Assembly: GCF_000014265.1 (NCBI RefSeq)
Contig: NC_008312.1
Location: 4,530,001-4,562,000, forward strand
Direction: 5' to 3'
DNA length: 32,000 bases
Source of the DNA: Trichodesmium erythraeum IMS101
Lineage (GTDB): Bacteria > Cyanobacteriota > Cyanobacteriia > Cyanobacteriales > Microcoleaceae
The notes under the pieces are model-generated. The model did not search any database, was not told the origin of the DNA, and saw only the letters and a program-made list of their open reading frames with translations. Below, piece by piece: positions 1 to 9,720 of this stretch (the stretch's first letter is position 1; the number at the start of each line of letters is the position of its first letter). A program made the translations under genes and the position numbers.

Positions 1-1796
1 AAAAACTGGAAGAAAAAGGCTATGCTGTCATTCAGGAACAAGAAATATTACGCCGAGAACAAGGCAGAGGTAATACCAGAGATGAAATAAAAATGCTTAC
101 ATCCTACCAAACAGAAGCATTAACAACAATTACCAAGATTCAAGAATTTGCTCAAGTTTTGCTACATGGAGTTACAGGATCTGGAAAAACAGAGGTATAT
201 TTACAGGCGATCGCTCCCATCCTCGAAAATGGTAAATCTGCTCTTGTACTAGTTCCCGAAATTGGTCTCACTCCTCAACTGACCGATAGATTTCGCGCTC
301 GTTTTGGCAAAAAAGTATATGTTTACCATAGCGCCTTATCTGCTGGAGAACGTTATGACACTTGGCGTAACATGACCTGGGGTATTCCACAAATTATCAT
401 CGGTACTCGTTCAGCAATTTTTGCCCCCCTGCCAAAATTAGGTCTAATTGTTTTAGACGAAGAACACGATAACAGCTTTAAACAAGACCGCCCTGCACCT
501 TGTTATCACGCTCGCACTGTAGCGAAATGGCGAGCAGAATTAGAAAACTGTCCATTAATATTAGGTTCAGCAACTCCCTCTTTAGAAAGTTGGTTGGAAA
601 CAAGAAAATACTATCAAGACAAAAAGATTCAAGCATCCCCCTATCTACTAGAAAATATAGACAAAAATGTTTCCCCAACAGGCAACACCCAAAATTTAAC
701 ACCTAACACTTACTACCTATCATTACCAGAACGGATCCACTCACGACCGATGCCACCTGTCGAAATAGTAGATATGCGTCAACAACTACGACAGGGAAAC
801 CGGACAATGTTTAGCTATCCTCTACAAGAAGCACTGCAAGAACTACAGGAAACAAAACAACAAGGAATTTTATTCATTCACCGTCGCGGTTACAGCACAT
901 TTGTCTCTTGTCGCAGTTGTGGTCATGTAATGGAATGCCCCCATTGCGATGTTTCCCTTTCCTATCATTATACCCACGAAGGTGCAACTGAACTATTACG
1001 TTGTCATTACTGCAATTATAACGAATTACAACCACAACGTTGTCCTAAATGTGGTTCTCCTTTTTTCAAATTTTTTGGCAGTGGAACTCAAAAAGTAGCG
1101 CAGGAGTTAACAAGACAGTTTCCTGGCTTACGATATATTAGATATGATAGCGACACTACTCGCAAAAAGGATGCCCACCGAAATTTGTTAAATCAATTTG
1201 CTAATGGTGAAGCAGATTTATTGATCGGTACCCAAATGTTGACAAAAGGCTTAGATTTGGCACAGGTGACATTAGTAGGAGTCGTCTCTGCTGATGGGTT
1301 GCTACATTTTTCAGATTATCGCGCTAATGAACGAACTTTTCAAACATTACTGCAAGTAGCAGGTCGTGCGGGTCGTGGAGATAACCCAGGGCGAGTAATT
1401 ATTCAGACCTATACTCCAGAACATCCTGTGATTCAAGCAGTGCAACGTAATGATTATGAGTCTTTTGTGGAAACAGAATTACAAGGAAGAGCAGAATTGC
1501 ACTATCCTCCTTATGGGCGGTTGATTTTATTACGTTTGAGTAGTTATGATCCGACTGAGGTAGCTGTGACTGCTCAAGAGTTGGCAAGTGTGTTGAGGGA
1601 AAAAGAGGGAAAGGAAAAATATGATTTATTGGGTCCTGCACCGGCTCCTATTGCTAGAATAGCTAATCGTTATCGTTGGCAGATTTTGTTAAAGTTATTG
1701 TCTGGATATGAGAATGTACCTGATCTGACTCAGTTGAGTAATTTTTGTCGTCCTGGGGTAAGTTTGACTGTAGATGTTGATCCTATGAATTTGTGA
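1..1796 (+). CDS. priA: Primosomal protein N' (replication-restart helicase PriA), 5'-truncated by the window edge
   Basis: ORF 93..1796 stays open in the same frame back to nt 3 (KLEEKGYAVIQEQEILRREQ...), so the true start lies upstream of the window. Contains Walker A GVTGSGKTEVY, the DEEH box (VLDEEHD) and the PriA Cys-rich zinc insert (CRSCGHVMECPHCDVSLSYH..CHYCNY..CPKCGS). Confidence 0.9.
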   Translation, partial: KLEEKGYAVIQEQEILRREQGRGNTRDEIKMLTSYQTEALTTITKIQEFAQVLLHGVTGSGKTEVYLQAIAPILENGKSALVLVPEIGLTPQLTDRFRARFGKKVYVYHSALSAGERYDTWRNMTWGIPQIIIGTRSAIFAPLPKLGLIVLDEEHDNSFKQDRPAPCYHARTVAKWRAELENCPLILGSATPSLESWLETRKYYQDKKIQASPYLLENIDKNVSPTGNTQNLTPNTYYLSLPERIHSRPMPPVEIVDMRQQLRQGNRTMFSYPLQEALQELQETKQQGILFIHRRGYSTFVSCRSCGHVMECPHCDVSLSYHYTHEGATELLRCHYCNYNELQPQRCPKCGSPFFKFFGSGTQKVAQELTRQFPGLRYIRYDSDTTRKKDAHRNLLNQFANGEADLLIGTQMLTKGLDLAQVTLVGVVSADGLLHFSDYRANERTFQTLLQVAGRAGRGDNPGRVIIQTYTPEHPVIQAVQRNDYESFVETELQGRAELHYPPYGRLILLRLSSYDPTEVAVTAQELASVLREKEGKEKYDLLGPAPAPIARIANRYRWQILLKLLSGYENVPDLTQLSNFCRPGVSLTVDVDPMNL

Positions 1797-1909
1797 TCAA
1801 CAGGACTTATATCAAATCCGGATAATTTCTATTCCTGAGATAGGCTTTGTTGTAAAAAAGATGATTGAAAGGGTACATATAATATTCAAGATAGTACCAA
1901 TTAGTAGAT

Positions 1910-2040
1910 ATGAGTAACTCCAAGTCCAAGTCTCAGTCTCAGTACAAGGTTAAAAATTTGTCTGAGTACGATGCCTCATTGAAGTAAGGAGGAAGTTTGA
2001 CATTTTGCCTAATTTCAGATACTATAGACTGATGGCTTAA
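1910..2040 (+). pseudogene. IS5-family transposase N-terminal fragment (relic)
   Basis: ATG at 1910 gives MSNSKSKSQSQYKVKNLSEYDASLK*GGSLTFCLISDTID. This resembles the conserved IS5-type N-terminus (NWxEYNxxLxxRGSLTFW), is broken by a stop and has no transposase body after it. Confidence 0.5.
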
Positions 2041-3264
2041 CTAAGAGAAAAGAGGACGCAAGGGAGGATAAAACACCCTCTTCGCGTTCAACAGGGCCGG
2101 ATTGAGTATAATCTACAGTTTATTGAGCAGTTGAGCGATCGCTACTTGAAAGCCACCCTATGCTTTAAAGCTCTACGGATTCTTCTGAAACACCCCTACA
2201 GTCGCCGCCAAGCTCACTCCACAATTAGCTATGCTGCCAGCAATTTAACACTCCAGAAATATTTGCAAACCAAGCTGCCATTTCCTCCGGTCTGGGATGT
2301 TTTTGGCGATCATAAATATGACAAATAATTCTTTGAGTTATACTACCACCAATTGCTTGAGCAAGAGTCTGCCACGGAGCCAACTCCTAGTCCAGTCTCT
2401 GAAGTCCCCAACATTAGGTTCTCAGCAGCGGACTTGGAGAGTCACGAAGTGGCCCCCATGTGCGCCACTGCTGAATCTGGATTTTCTCAATCAATGTCTG
2501 CACCGACCCGAGTCCCCAGGGATGACCTTCCAGAGCTCCTCTGAGTCTATACCAACCCAAGCTTAAGCAGTGTTGAAAATACTAACCAGTAGGATCGAGA
2601 TGAATTGTTAAGCGATCGCCTGGACGAGCTAGTACAAGTTACCCAAGCCAATGATACTTGAGACAGCATTGGTGACAAGTTGCAGGAAAAGACTTTGGTT
2701 AATTTACACCCCAAGCTAGAATATCGGGCGGTTTTGCGCAAGTTTTACACGTCTATCTTCAGCCAACAGCAGCCCCTAACCCTGATGAAACCGAATCGCC
2801 GCTATGGGTTTGCCTACATGGGCAGTCGTCGTCACTTTACCACCCGGTTGCCGTTTGCCATTAATGTAAGCTGCTCTATGGAGACGGAGGGGCTAAAGAA
2901 AGAGTTTTCGTTGGTAAATCGCTTTTTTAATTACGGCGTGCCTACGATCGATGTGATTCAATTTGATGCTGAGATTACAACTGACCTAATGACCTTCCGT
3001 CCGGCTCTATGGGAAATCCAGTTAACCAGAAGAGGTGGGACTAATTTCGGCCTTATTTGGGCTTATCTAAAAGAACATCGGGATTACGATGGCCTGATTA
3101 TCTAAACTGATGGTTATGCCCTTTGCCCCGCTCAGCCACAGAATCTGCTCGATCCCATTCTGTGGTTGTTTGTGAGGGAAGTGCATTACCGGAGTTATTA
3201 TCCTAATCTACAGCAGATGGGACAAGAGGCCCCTCTTAAGCCACCCCTGTACCAAGGTATGTAA
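2041..3264 (+). pseudogene. VWA-like / putative metallopeptidase (DUF2201-type) gene, 5'-truncated with multiple frameshifts and in-frame stops
   Basis: Track ORFs 2131..2328, 2297..2566, 2353..2544 and 2680..3105 are pieces of one gene in different frames. Frame 1 reads GRIEYNLQFIEQLSDRYLKATLCFKALRILLKHPYSRRQ (decayed HExxH-like segment). The last piece ends ...DYDGLII*TDGYALCP..., the family's (L)TDG motif interrupted by an in-frame TAA at 3103-3105. The same frame continues to a stop at 3262-3264. Confidence 0.55.
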
Positions 3265-3421
3265 TAATTATGAAGCTTTAAGGAAATCCATATAAAGGTG
3301 ATTAAATAGATAAAATCTGTATAATTCATAATAAACAGAATAATTTTGGGTCTACAAGTCTATAGCCTTGTAGAACTGTTGATTGATTTAATTTTGTCTA
3401 AATTTAGGAAAGGAGTTTAAC

Positions 3422-3955
3422 ATGATTAAAGGAGTTCTGGGAAGTATCTTAGCCTGGGTTTTTCTTATGAGTTCCCCGGCAATTGCACAGCCAATTACAG
3501 AAGCCGAGGTCGAGGAAGCACAGAAAGTCTGGGCTCAAGGTATTGTTGCCATTGGAGCTGCCTATTTAAACAATGGCGACTATAAGAAGTTGGCAGAAAA
3601 TCATGTAGATACACTCTATGGCTACGACGAAGGTGCCGTGCTTTTCAAGCCGACTAAGGCTTCGGCTGATCAGTTTCGCCTCACTGAGGATGAAGCAGTC
3701 TCCTATTTCGTTGGCGGTATAGTGCAGGAAGACACTGGCTTCGCATTGCAGCCATGGATGGCCGTTCGTTTTGAAAATGCCGACATTATAACTGACAGTG
3801 ACTCTGCTGTTGCCATGGGTAACTACTATTTTAAGGATGTAAAAACTCAGAAAGAAGTGAAGGTGGAGTATACATTTGGGTATATTCGTGGTGAAGATGG
3901 CAAGCTCTTGATCAATGTTCACCATTCAGCACTTCCGTACAAACCGACGAAGTGA
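3422..3955 (+). CDS. Secreted hypothetical protein, probably NTF2/SnoaL-like fold
   Basis: Strong RBS (AGGAAAGGAG) 6-7 nt before the ATG. N-terminal signal peptide with an AxA site (SSPAIA|QP). 177 aa with no internal stops. Fold and family naming come from memory of similar proteins and are not verified. Confidence 0.7.
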   Translation: MIKGVLGSILAWVFLMSSPAIAQPITEAEVEEAQKVWAQGIVAIGAAYLNNGDYKKLAENHVDTLYGYDEGAVLFKPTKASADQFRLTEDEAVSYFVGGIVQEDTGFALQPWMAVRFENADIITDSDSAVAMGNYYFKDVKTQKEVKVEYTFGYIRGEDGKLLINVHHSALPYKPTK

Positions 3956-4598
3956 TTCATTCAAGAATCCGAATCGTTGAGTAGTAGTTTGGGTTAGGGA
4001 AGCGCGTCACCCAAAAATCCTAAGTCTTTAGATCTGAAACTTTTATCGGAGCGGATGTGAAGGCGAAAACATCAGGTTTTGTTGTTAAATAGTCTCACAC
4101 CGCTCAACTTGCGGTTAGAAAACTAGATCTGTCAATAGTATTTTTCCCTGTCCTTTTGTCTCCTCCTTGCATTAGGTTCATAAAGACAATAATCAACATA
4201 GTGTGTTACTCTGTAAGCATAGAAAAAAGTACGCGCAGATAGGATACTTTTGTCAAACTTTGTTTAATTATTTAGCTTTAGTAGTTATCCTTTTGAAACC
4301 GCCGATATTCTGACTGAATTCGGGGTTGCTTTCTAATCTACTTCTCTCCAGCTCCCAAAGCAGCAGCCCCTAGACCCCACCCATTGACCAAAAATGTCAC
4401 TCATTATGAGATTTGATGTTAGTTTTATCAAGCAGATCGAGTATAGCACCATCAATGCAGCCGAACAATTAACCACTATAGTTATAAGTGGTTAACTTTG
4501 CGCTGCACCAGATAGCTTGGCTACTGCTTTGGTTTTCCCAAAAGATTCATGCCCTGTTAAACTTGATTGTTAGATTAAAAATAAAATAGGGGTTATTA

Positions 4599-5207
4599 AT
4601 GGCTTTTAGTGATTATAAAACTATTGCTCAAGTTCAAGAGGAGTATAATATCAAGTATTTAGAAGCAGAGTTTATTGAAATTACCGATTTAAAACCTTCC
4701 GCTCTGTTTGTCAAAGAATTGAAATTCAGCGAACAGAACATGGATATATACACATCTGAATCATCAAGATGCGAAAATATTATTTATCCAATTTTAAGAG
4801 AAGTTTATAAGAACTTTATTGATAGATATACTCTTTGGAGCCACAAGTCTATAACTTATGATGCTAAACTAAATGGAACTCCTGATTACTTGTTCTCAAC
4901 AAAATCAGAATTAGGTAAAACCGTTTTGGGTTTTCCAATTATCGTTATTGTTGAAGCAAAAAAGAATGATTTTAGCGAGGGATGGGGGCAATGTCTAGCT
5001 GAGTTAATTGCTGTGCAAAAATTAAATAAGGCCGAGGAACTTCCCGTGTATGGGATAGTAACAGATGGAGAATTATGGCAATTTGGCAAATTAGTATCCA
5101 ATGAATTTACAAAAAGCAAGTTGAGAATTACTATTACTGATTTAGATAAAATTTTCGGAACGATAAGTTTTTTATTGTCAAGCACAACGGAGGCAGATTT
5201 GAATTAA
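4599..5207 (+). CDS. Stand-alone PD-(D/E)XK nuclease-fold protein (HsdR N-terminal-domain-like)
   Basis: 202 aa ORF. Motif order is GTPDY ... IVIVEAKK ... QCLAELIAVQ ... VTDGELWQF, which fits the D...(D/E)xK core plus the trailing (T/N)G..W.F of HSDR_N-type domains. No partner methylase or specificity gene is nearby. Confidence 0.65.
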   Translation: MAFSDYKTIAQVQEEYNIKYLEAEFIEITDLKPSALFVKELKFSEQNMDIYTSESSRCENIIYPILREVYKNFIDRYTLWSHKSITYDAKLNGTPDYLFSTKSELGKTVLGFPIIVIVEAKKNDFSEGWGQCLAELIAVQKLNKAEELPVYGIVTDGELWQFGKLVSNEFTKSKLRITITDLDKIFGTISFLLSSTTEADLN

Positions 5208-5327
5208 ATTCGGTTTTTTCTTATTCAGTTTGCCACCTTGACAGAGCTCCCTGAAAATCCCCCTAAATAACCCTAGTAGTACTTAATATTTATGAATAGA
5301 GGAGTATAAAGTTACTGTTGTTCATTT

Positions 5328-5790
5328 ATGCCGACCTCTCCAAAGTATGAATCTTCAAAAACTCTCAAAAATGATCATATCCATAACAGTAAGTAGCAGT
5401 TCAAGTACAGCAAATGTGGACGACAATTTGTGGAAAACCCTACACAAAAGCTAATTTACCAAGCTATTCCCAAGCTGATTCATAGACTATTGCTAGAAAG
5501 GATTTCACTAGCTGGCATTCCTCGTGTAGTCTAAGTTTCAGAGAAATAGCTACAGGCTTATTATGTAAACCAGAAATGTGCACAAGTTCCAAGAACACTG
5601 GAGGTGCAGGAAAAAAAAGGTAAGCTCACAATTCAATGTAATAAATTATGGCCATTCCCTGACAACAAAGATAACAAGCAGTAGGTTTGGTTCGCCATGG
5701 AAGTAGAAACTTATGAAATTATTGGTGTTTATATTCGGTCACGGGATGAAGATGCAGCCAAGGGTTTTATGTTAATTTACTCTGGCAAAG
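5328..5790 (+). pseudogene. IS1-family transposase relic (frameshifted, stops, 3'-truncated)
   Basis: Pieces read ...KYSKCGRQFVENP.., ..LLERISLAGIPRVV.., ..CNKLWPFPDNKDNKQ*VWFAMEVETYEIIGVYIRSRDEDAAKG. These match the IS1 InsA/InsB order (CxRQF, LLERISLRGI, DE.WSFV..K.NK.W.W.A.D..T.EI.GVY.G.R). Homology ends at the stop codon of the convergent M14 gene. Confidence 0.6.
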
Positions 5791-7462
5791 TAATCACAGT
5801 TTTCACTACACCTGCTCGTTCCGCTTTTGCTGTCACCTTAATCTCACTATTAGCAACACCTTTGACTACCCACTCTAAATGACAACGATAACCTCCAAGT
5901 TTAGTAAAAAAACTGAAAAAATTAAAAGCTTCACTTGCTCGCCCCTCTAAATGTTCAATTTCCTGCTTTTGTTTTCCACTCACCAACGTTACATTACCAG
6001 GTAAATTTAATATTACCTCTATTGGTTTCACACTTTTTTGTTCCAAAGCTTTTTCACTAGTATAGGTAGGCAAAAACCCTTGATTTTCTAACTGTACTAC
6101 CAGATGATACATATCACCACCCTGATGCTCAACAACTACCTGACTTACTGCTAAACGAGGTGACATCAAAGCATGAGAAATAGCAAACTGACATTGTTCC
6201 TTACACAACTTTGGTAAATATTCAACAGGTGGGTTGTACCAAATTTTCCAATTCCACCCACCAATTTCAACCGTACCCAGTTGGGGATGTTCAAATGTTT
6301 CCCAGTCAATAAAACCTGTGCCACCCAATTTTTCATCATTCCACTGCATCATTTTTAGATCGTCTGTAACAGGATGGCGTTGTAACCACTTAATATAATC
6401 ATTCTTCTTAACACCTGCTTCTGTGGGTGCATCCCAAAGCTCTATAGAAAAACCAAACCAACCAAAGCGATCATAACAATAGTCAACCATTCCACCATAA
6501 ATTTTTTCACTGTTAGGGTACAAAAAGTTATGATAGATTGAAATGCATTCATAACCGGTAATTGCAGTACCTTTCTCCCCTATCAATTTGTAAATTTCCA
6601 AATCTTTTACAGGAAAATGTTCGTCTGGATAAGTACAGTAGGAACGTAAAATTACTCCAGAAAACGTATGATAGTTAATAAAACCATTAATATTAGGATG
6701 TTCTCGCCAAAATTCTGCTACAGCAAGAGTTTCAGGTTCAGAAAAAGGAAAATCCCCAGCACCTTTTTGTTTTCCCTCTGGCTGCCATTCGTGGGGATAG
6801 TTACGATTAAAATCTATTCCTCCCTTACTAGGGGCGACTTTAATATTGTAACCATCATAGTTTTTAATCATTCCCTCTGGTAAAATACTGTAGTAGGTAC
6901 CTCCAAATTCATCGGGTTCGCGAGGCACCATAATTCTTGGGTCTTCTGATGAGATTTTCCAAGCCCCACAGTTATCTTTGAGTCGCATTTGCAAAATTAA
7001 TCCATCTCCATTTATGTCTTCCCAGTGAAGACCATCCTTTTCTTCAGGATAGGGATAATGACGAATACTTGAGCGCACAATATAAGGAGTTGTTAAATAT
7101 TTTTCGGCCCCATCAACAGCAATTCGAGGTAGTATATAAATTGTGTGGTTGTCCAATAGATAAGTGACTTGAGGATTGCTATTATAATTATTTAGTAGAT
7201 GATAAATAATATATAGGGCAACTGCTGAACCTGTAACTTCTACCGCATGAATGTTACCATCAATCCAATATCCAGGTTTTTCCCGAGCTTTTCCTGTATT
7301 TTGATTGGTAAGAGTAGCTAAGAAGATATCTAGTCCGCCGTAGCTTTTTCCAATAACTTTTAATTCTATTAAATGAGGATTTTTTTCCCTCATTTGATGT
7401 AGAAAATTTACTATTTCTTGATATTTATAGTAGTGGCTAAAATCAAACCCTGATTTTGTCAT
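5777..7462 (-). CDS. M14-family zinc metallocarboxypeptidase
   Basis: 561 aa with an ATG start. N-terminal FDFSHYYKYQEIVNFLHQM...GKSYGGLDIF and the zinc-ligand motif WIDGNIHAVEVTG (HxxE) are typical of M14 peptidases. It has a long C-terminal extension. Confidence 0.85.
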   Translation of the reverse strand: MTKSGFDFSHYYKYQEIVNFLHQMREKNPHLIELKVIGKSYGGLDIFLATLTNQNTGKAREKPGYWIDGNIHAVEVTGSAVALYIIYHLLNNYNSNPQVTYLLDNHTIYILPRIAVDGAEKYLTTPYIVRSSIRHYPYPEEKDGLHWEDINGDGLILQMRLKDNCGAWKISSEDPRIMVPREPDEFGGTYYSILPEGMIKNYDGYNIKVAPSKGGIDFNRNYPHEWQPEGKQKGAGDFPFSEPETLAVAEFWREHPNINGFINYHTFSGVILRSYCTYPDEHFPVKDLEIYKLIGEKGTAITGYECISIYHNFLYPNSEKIYGGMVDYCYDRFGWFGFSIELWDAPTEAGVKKNDYIKWLQRHPVTDDLKMMQWNDEKLGGTGFIDWETFEHPQLGTVEIGGWNWKIWYNPPVEYLPKLCKEQCQFAISHALMSPRLAVSQVVVEHQGGDMYHLVVQLENQGFLPTYTSEKALEQKSVKPIEVILNLPGNVTLVSGKQKQEIEHLEGRASEAFNFFSFFTKLGGYRCHLEWVVKGVANSEIKVTAKAERAGVVKTVITLPE

Positions 7463-7567
7463 ATTAAGTTATTTAATCCTTAAAAATTAAGTTTGTATTT
7501 TTCAGCATTATTAAACTAAGTGTGAAGTTAAAATTATGAGCTTTGAGTATAATTATTAGCCCATTTC

Positions 7568-8155
7568 TTACTTCTGATAATTATGTTCCCACTTCCACAC
7601 GCTACTAGAAATCAAGTTTGTTAATATATGGGCAATAATTGGTATTAACAGATTACCTGTTGCTAAAGCACTGTATCCTAATACAAGACCAACTATTGTT
7701 GCCCATATCATATAAGGCCATTGTTGCTTACCATTCAGATGTAAAACACCAAAGAAGACACTTGAAGCAATTAATGCCACCGTATCTAATCCCAAGGCGG
7801 ATAAGGCTACACCTCTAAATAGTAATTCTTCACTTAATCCTGGCAGTAAACCCAACCATACTAAATCAGGCCATAGTAGTGGACTTAGCACTAAAATTAA
7901 ATATTTGTCTGCACTACTACGATAAGCTGGCCAAATACGATAAATTATAGCACTGGTAGTAGTAATACTTAGGGCGATCGCTATTCCCCAAAACAACGCC
8001 TTTAAATTCCAACTTACAGGCAATAAATTCACACCAAATAGCAGGCAGATTTTAGAAATTGCCAGTAATACTAATGCTGTTACTCCCATTGCCACCAACA
8101 CTTGGATGCGAGTTAGTGGTTCTATGTCCGGATTTTCAGGAATTTTGTCTGTCAC
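7568..8155 (-). CDS. CPBP-family intramembrane glutamic endopeptidase (CAAX protease / Abi-like)
   Basis: 195 aa multi-pass hydrophobic protein with the three CPBP motifs SEELLFRG, FGVLH and IIAHILTN. The track start is GTG, so the exact start is uncertain. Confidence 0.85.
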   Translation of the reverse strand: MTDKIPENPDIEPLTRIQVLVAMGVTALVLLAISKICLLFGVNLLPVSWNLKALFWGIAIALSITTTSAIIYRIWPAYRSSADKYLILVLSPLLWPDLVWLGLLPGLSEELLFRGVALSALGLDTVALIASSVFFGVLHLNGKQQWPYMIWATIVGLVLGYSALATGNLLIPIIAHILTNLISSSVWKWEHNYQK

Positions 8156-8238
8156 TTGTTAGCTATCAAATAGACTAATGGTTTTCTCTCTAGTATATTG
8201 TATAACAATTTTCAGACTGCTGAGTTATAAAGTTATAG

Positions 8239-8335
8239 TCAGGACTTAAGCAAGAACACTATATATAATAGTGCCTACTAATTTAGGGTATCTCTTAAAA
8301 AATTATAGCGATCGCCTCAAAGTAGATACCATATT
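8239..8335 (+). repeat. Small dispersed repeat, TCAGGACTTA-type, copy 1
   Basis: tcaggacttaagcaagaacactatatataatagtgcctactaatttagggtatctc. Related copies lie at 19883.., split and inverted at 9661..9719 plus 10840..10859, and partially at about 13078..13130. Confidence 0.45.
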
Positions 8336-9446
8336 TAAAACCAGGGTAAAAAGCACATAAAAAATCAAAATAGCCATGAATCTTATTGTGGGCTCCTTCA
8401 ATTCTTGGATCAAATAGTCTAAAAGTAATTTCTGTTTTACTTGATTAATAGTTTTTTCTATTTTTACGGCTAATATTTTTAATATTTTCTATAATCAAAT
8501 GGCACAATTTATGTGATTTTTATTAATTTTTATAAGACAATATTGACAAGATTAAATACCTGTTAATTTACTTAATTATGGTGTGAATTTTTCAATTTTA
8601 TATCTAGTTTTAATCTCAAAATTATACAGCTCATACTGAAGAGTAACTTAAGTCATTAATTATCAAACATTATGTTCTATTTGTGGAAACATTTTCCCAA
8701 AATAGCTTGACTTTTTTTATCTCAAAATAATTCCTTTAATTTTAATTATTTAATCTAATATTTTTTCTGATTCATTCCAACTTAACTATCCTATATTTTT
8801 GACTTTTATACACTACGAGTATCATCTACTATATAGTTTATTTTTAAAGACAAGTAATAGATTTTTTCGATATTATATTAGTGCAATTAGTCTTTTTGTT
8901 ACATATCAACTATCCATTAATACTATTTAAAATAGTAATTTCTTCTTTTTTACTACATTTAATATCATTTATTAAAAATAATATATTTCGTTTTTTAAAT
9001 CATTATCTAGAACATAAATACGATAATATATTATCCCAAATTATTCAATTTATGGATTAAAATATATATAATTTACCACCCTAATACCAGGAATTAATTT
9101 GTACTAATTAATACTGTAATGTTGCCTGAGAAACTTAATTTTAACACCATATCCCTTGTTAATAACTGTATAATCAAAAATCAAATAAACTTCTGTGTTA
9201 GTAACAATTATTCTTTTTGAACATTTTGAAATAATTATTTGCGGTATTTTTTTCTATTTTTCAATAAATATTTATCATGTGATGGCTAATATTTTAGATT
9301 TAGTTTAGCTAAATCTGTGGTGGTTTAATTTGTATAAAAACCAAGTAAATATTGACAGTAATCAATATATTTAAAATTAATATAGGAGCTAAATTTTAGC
9401 GTTATATAATAATATAATAAATACTAGTATTTGGGTAAAAATTATT

Positions 9447-9555
9447 TATATAGCAGTCGAAGTATAGCACTATAGGTAAGTAAGAAGTAAAAAGTAATCT
9501 CTGACTGAATTTTCAGATTTCGCAATTTCCTAATCTTTGTTTCGACTACTATAAT
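9447..9555. mobile_element. MITE-like element with TATAGCAGTCGAA terminal inverted repeats, copy 1
   Basis: The left end tatagcagtcgaag (9449-9462) pairs with the right end ttcgactactata (9541-9553). About 109 bp, no ORF. A second copy lies at 22482..22576. Confidence 0.5.
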
Positions 9556-9688
9556 TAGTAACATTTATAATTATGAAAATAAACTATATTAGCTAGTCTT
9601 TATATGAGTTATAATGATTTTATAATTCAGGCGTTGGCGAAGCAAAGAGGCAGTTATATTGCTTAAAAAACTATAGAGATAGCCTAAA

Positions 9689-9720
9689 TTAGTAGATACT
9701 ATATTTAGTAGATACTATAT
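9689..9720. repeat. Perfect 16-bp tandem duplication (TTAGTAGATACTATAT x2) abutting the IS630 left end
   Basis: Read directly from the sequence: 9689-9704 equals 9705-9720. Confidence 0.9.

Noticed and set aside
2131-3105. Track ORFs 2131..2328, 2297..2566, 2353..2544, 2547..2741(-) and 2680..3105 as separate small genes.
   Set aside because: The plus-strand pieces are consecutive fragments of one VWA/DUF2201-type gene in shifting frames. The minus-strand ORF is a shadow in GC-rich sequence.
8303-8377. Minus-strand 24-codon hydrophobic sORF (MAILIFYVLFTLVLNMVSTLRRSL) with a GGAG about 15 nt upstream; a possible small membrane peptide or type I toxin.
   Set aside because: The RBS spacing is poor. 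The ORF overlaps the dispersed repeat and a HIP1 site, and no conservation evidence is available. Short hydrophobic ORFs arise easily in T-rich sequence.
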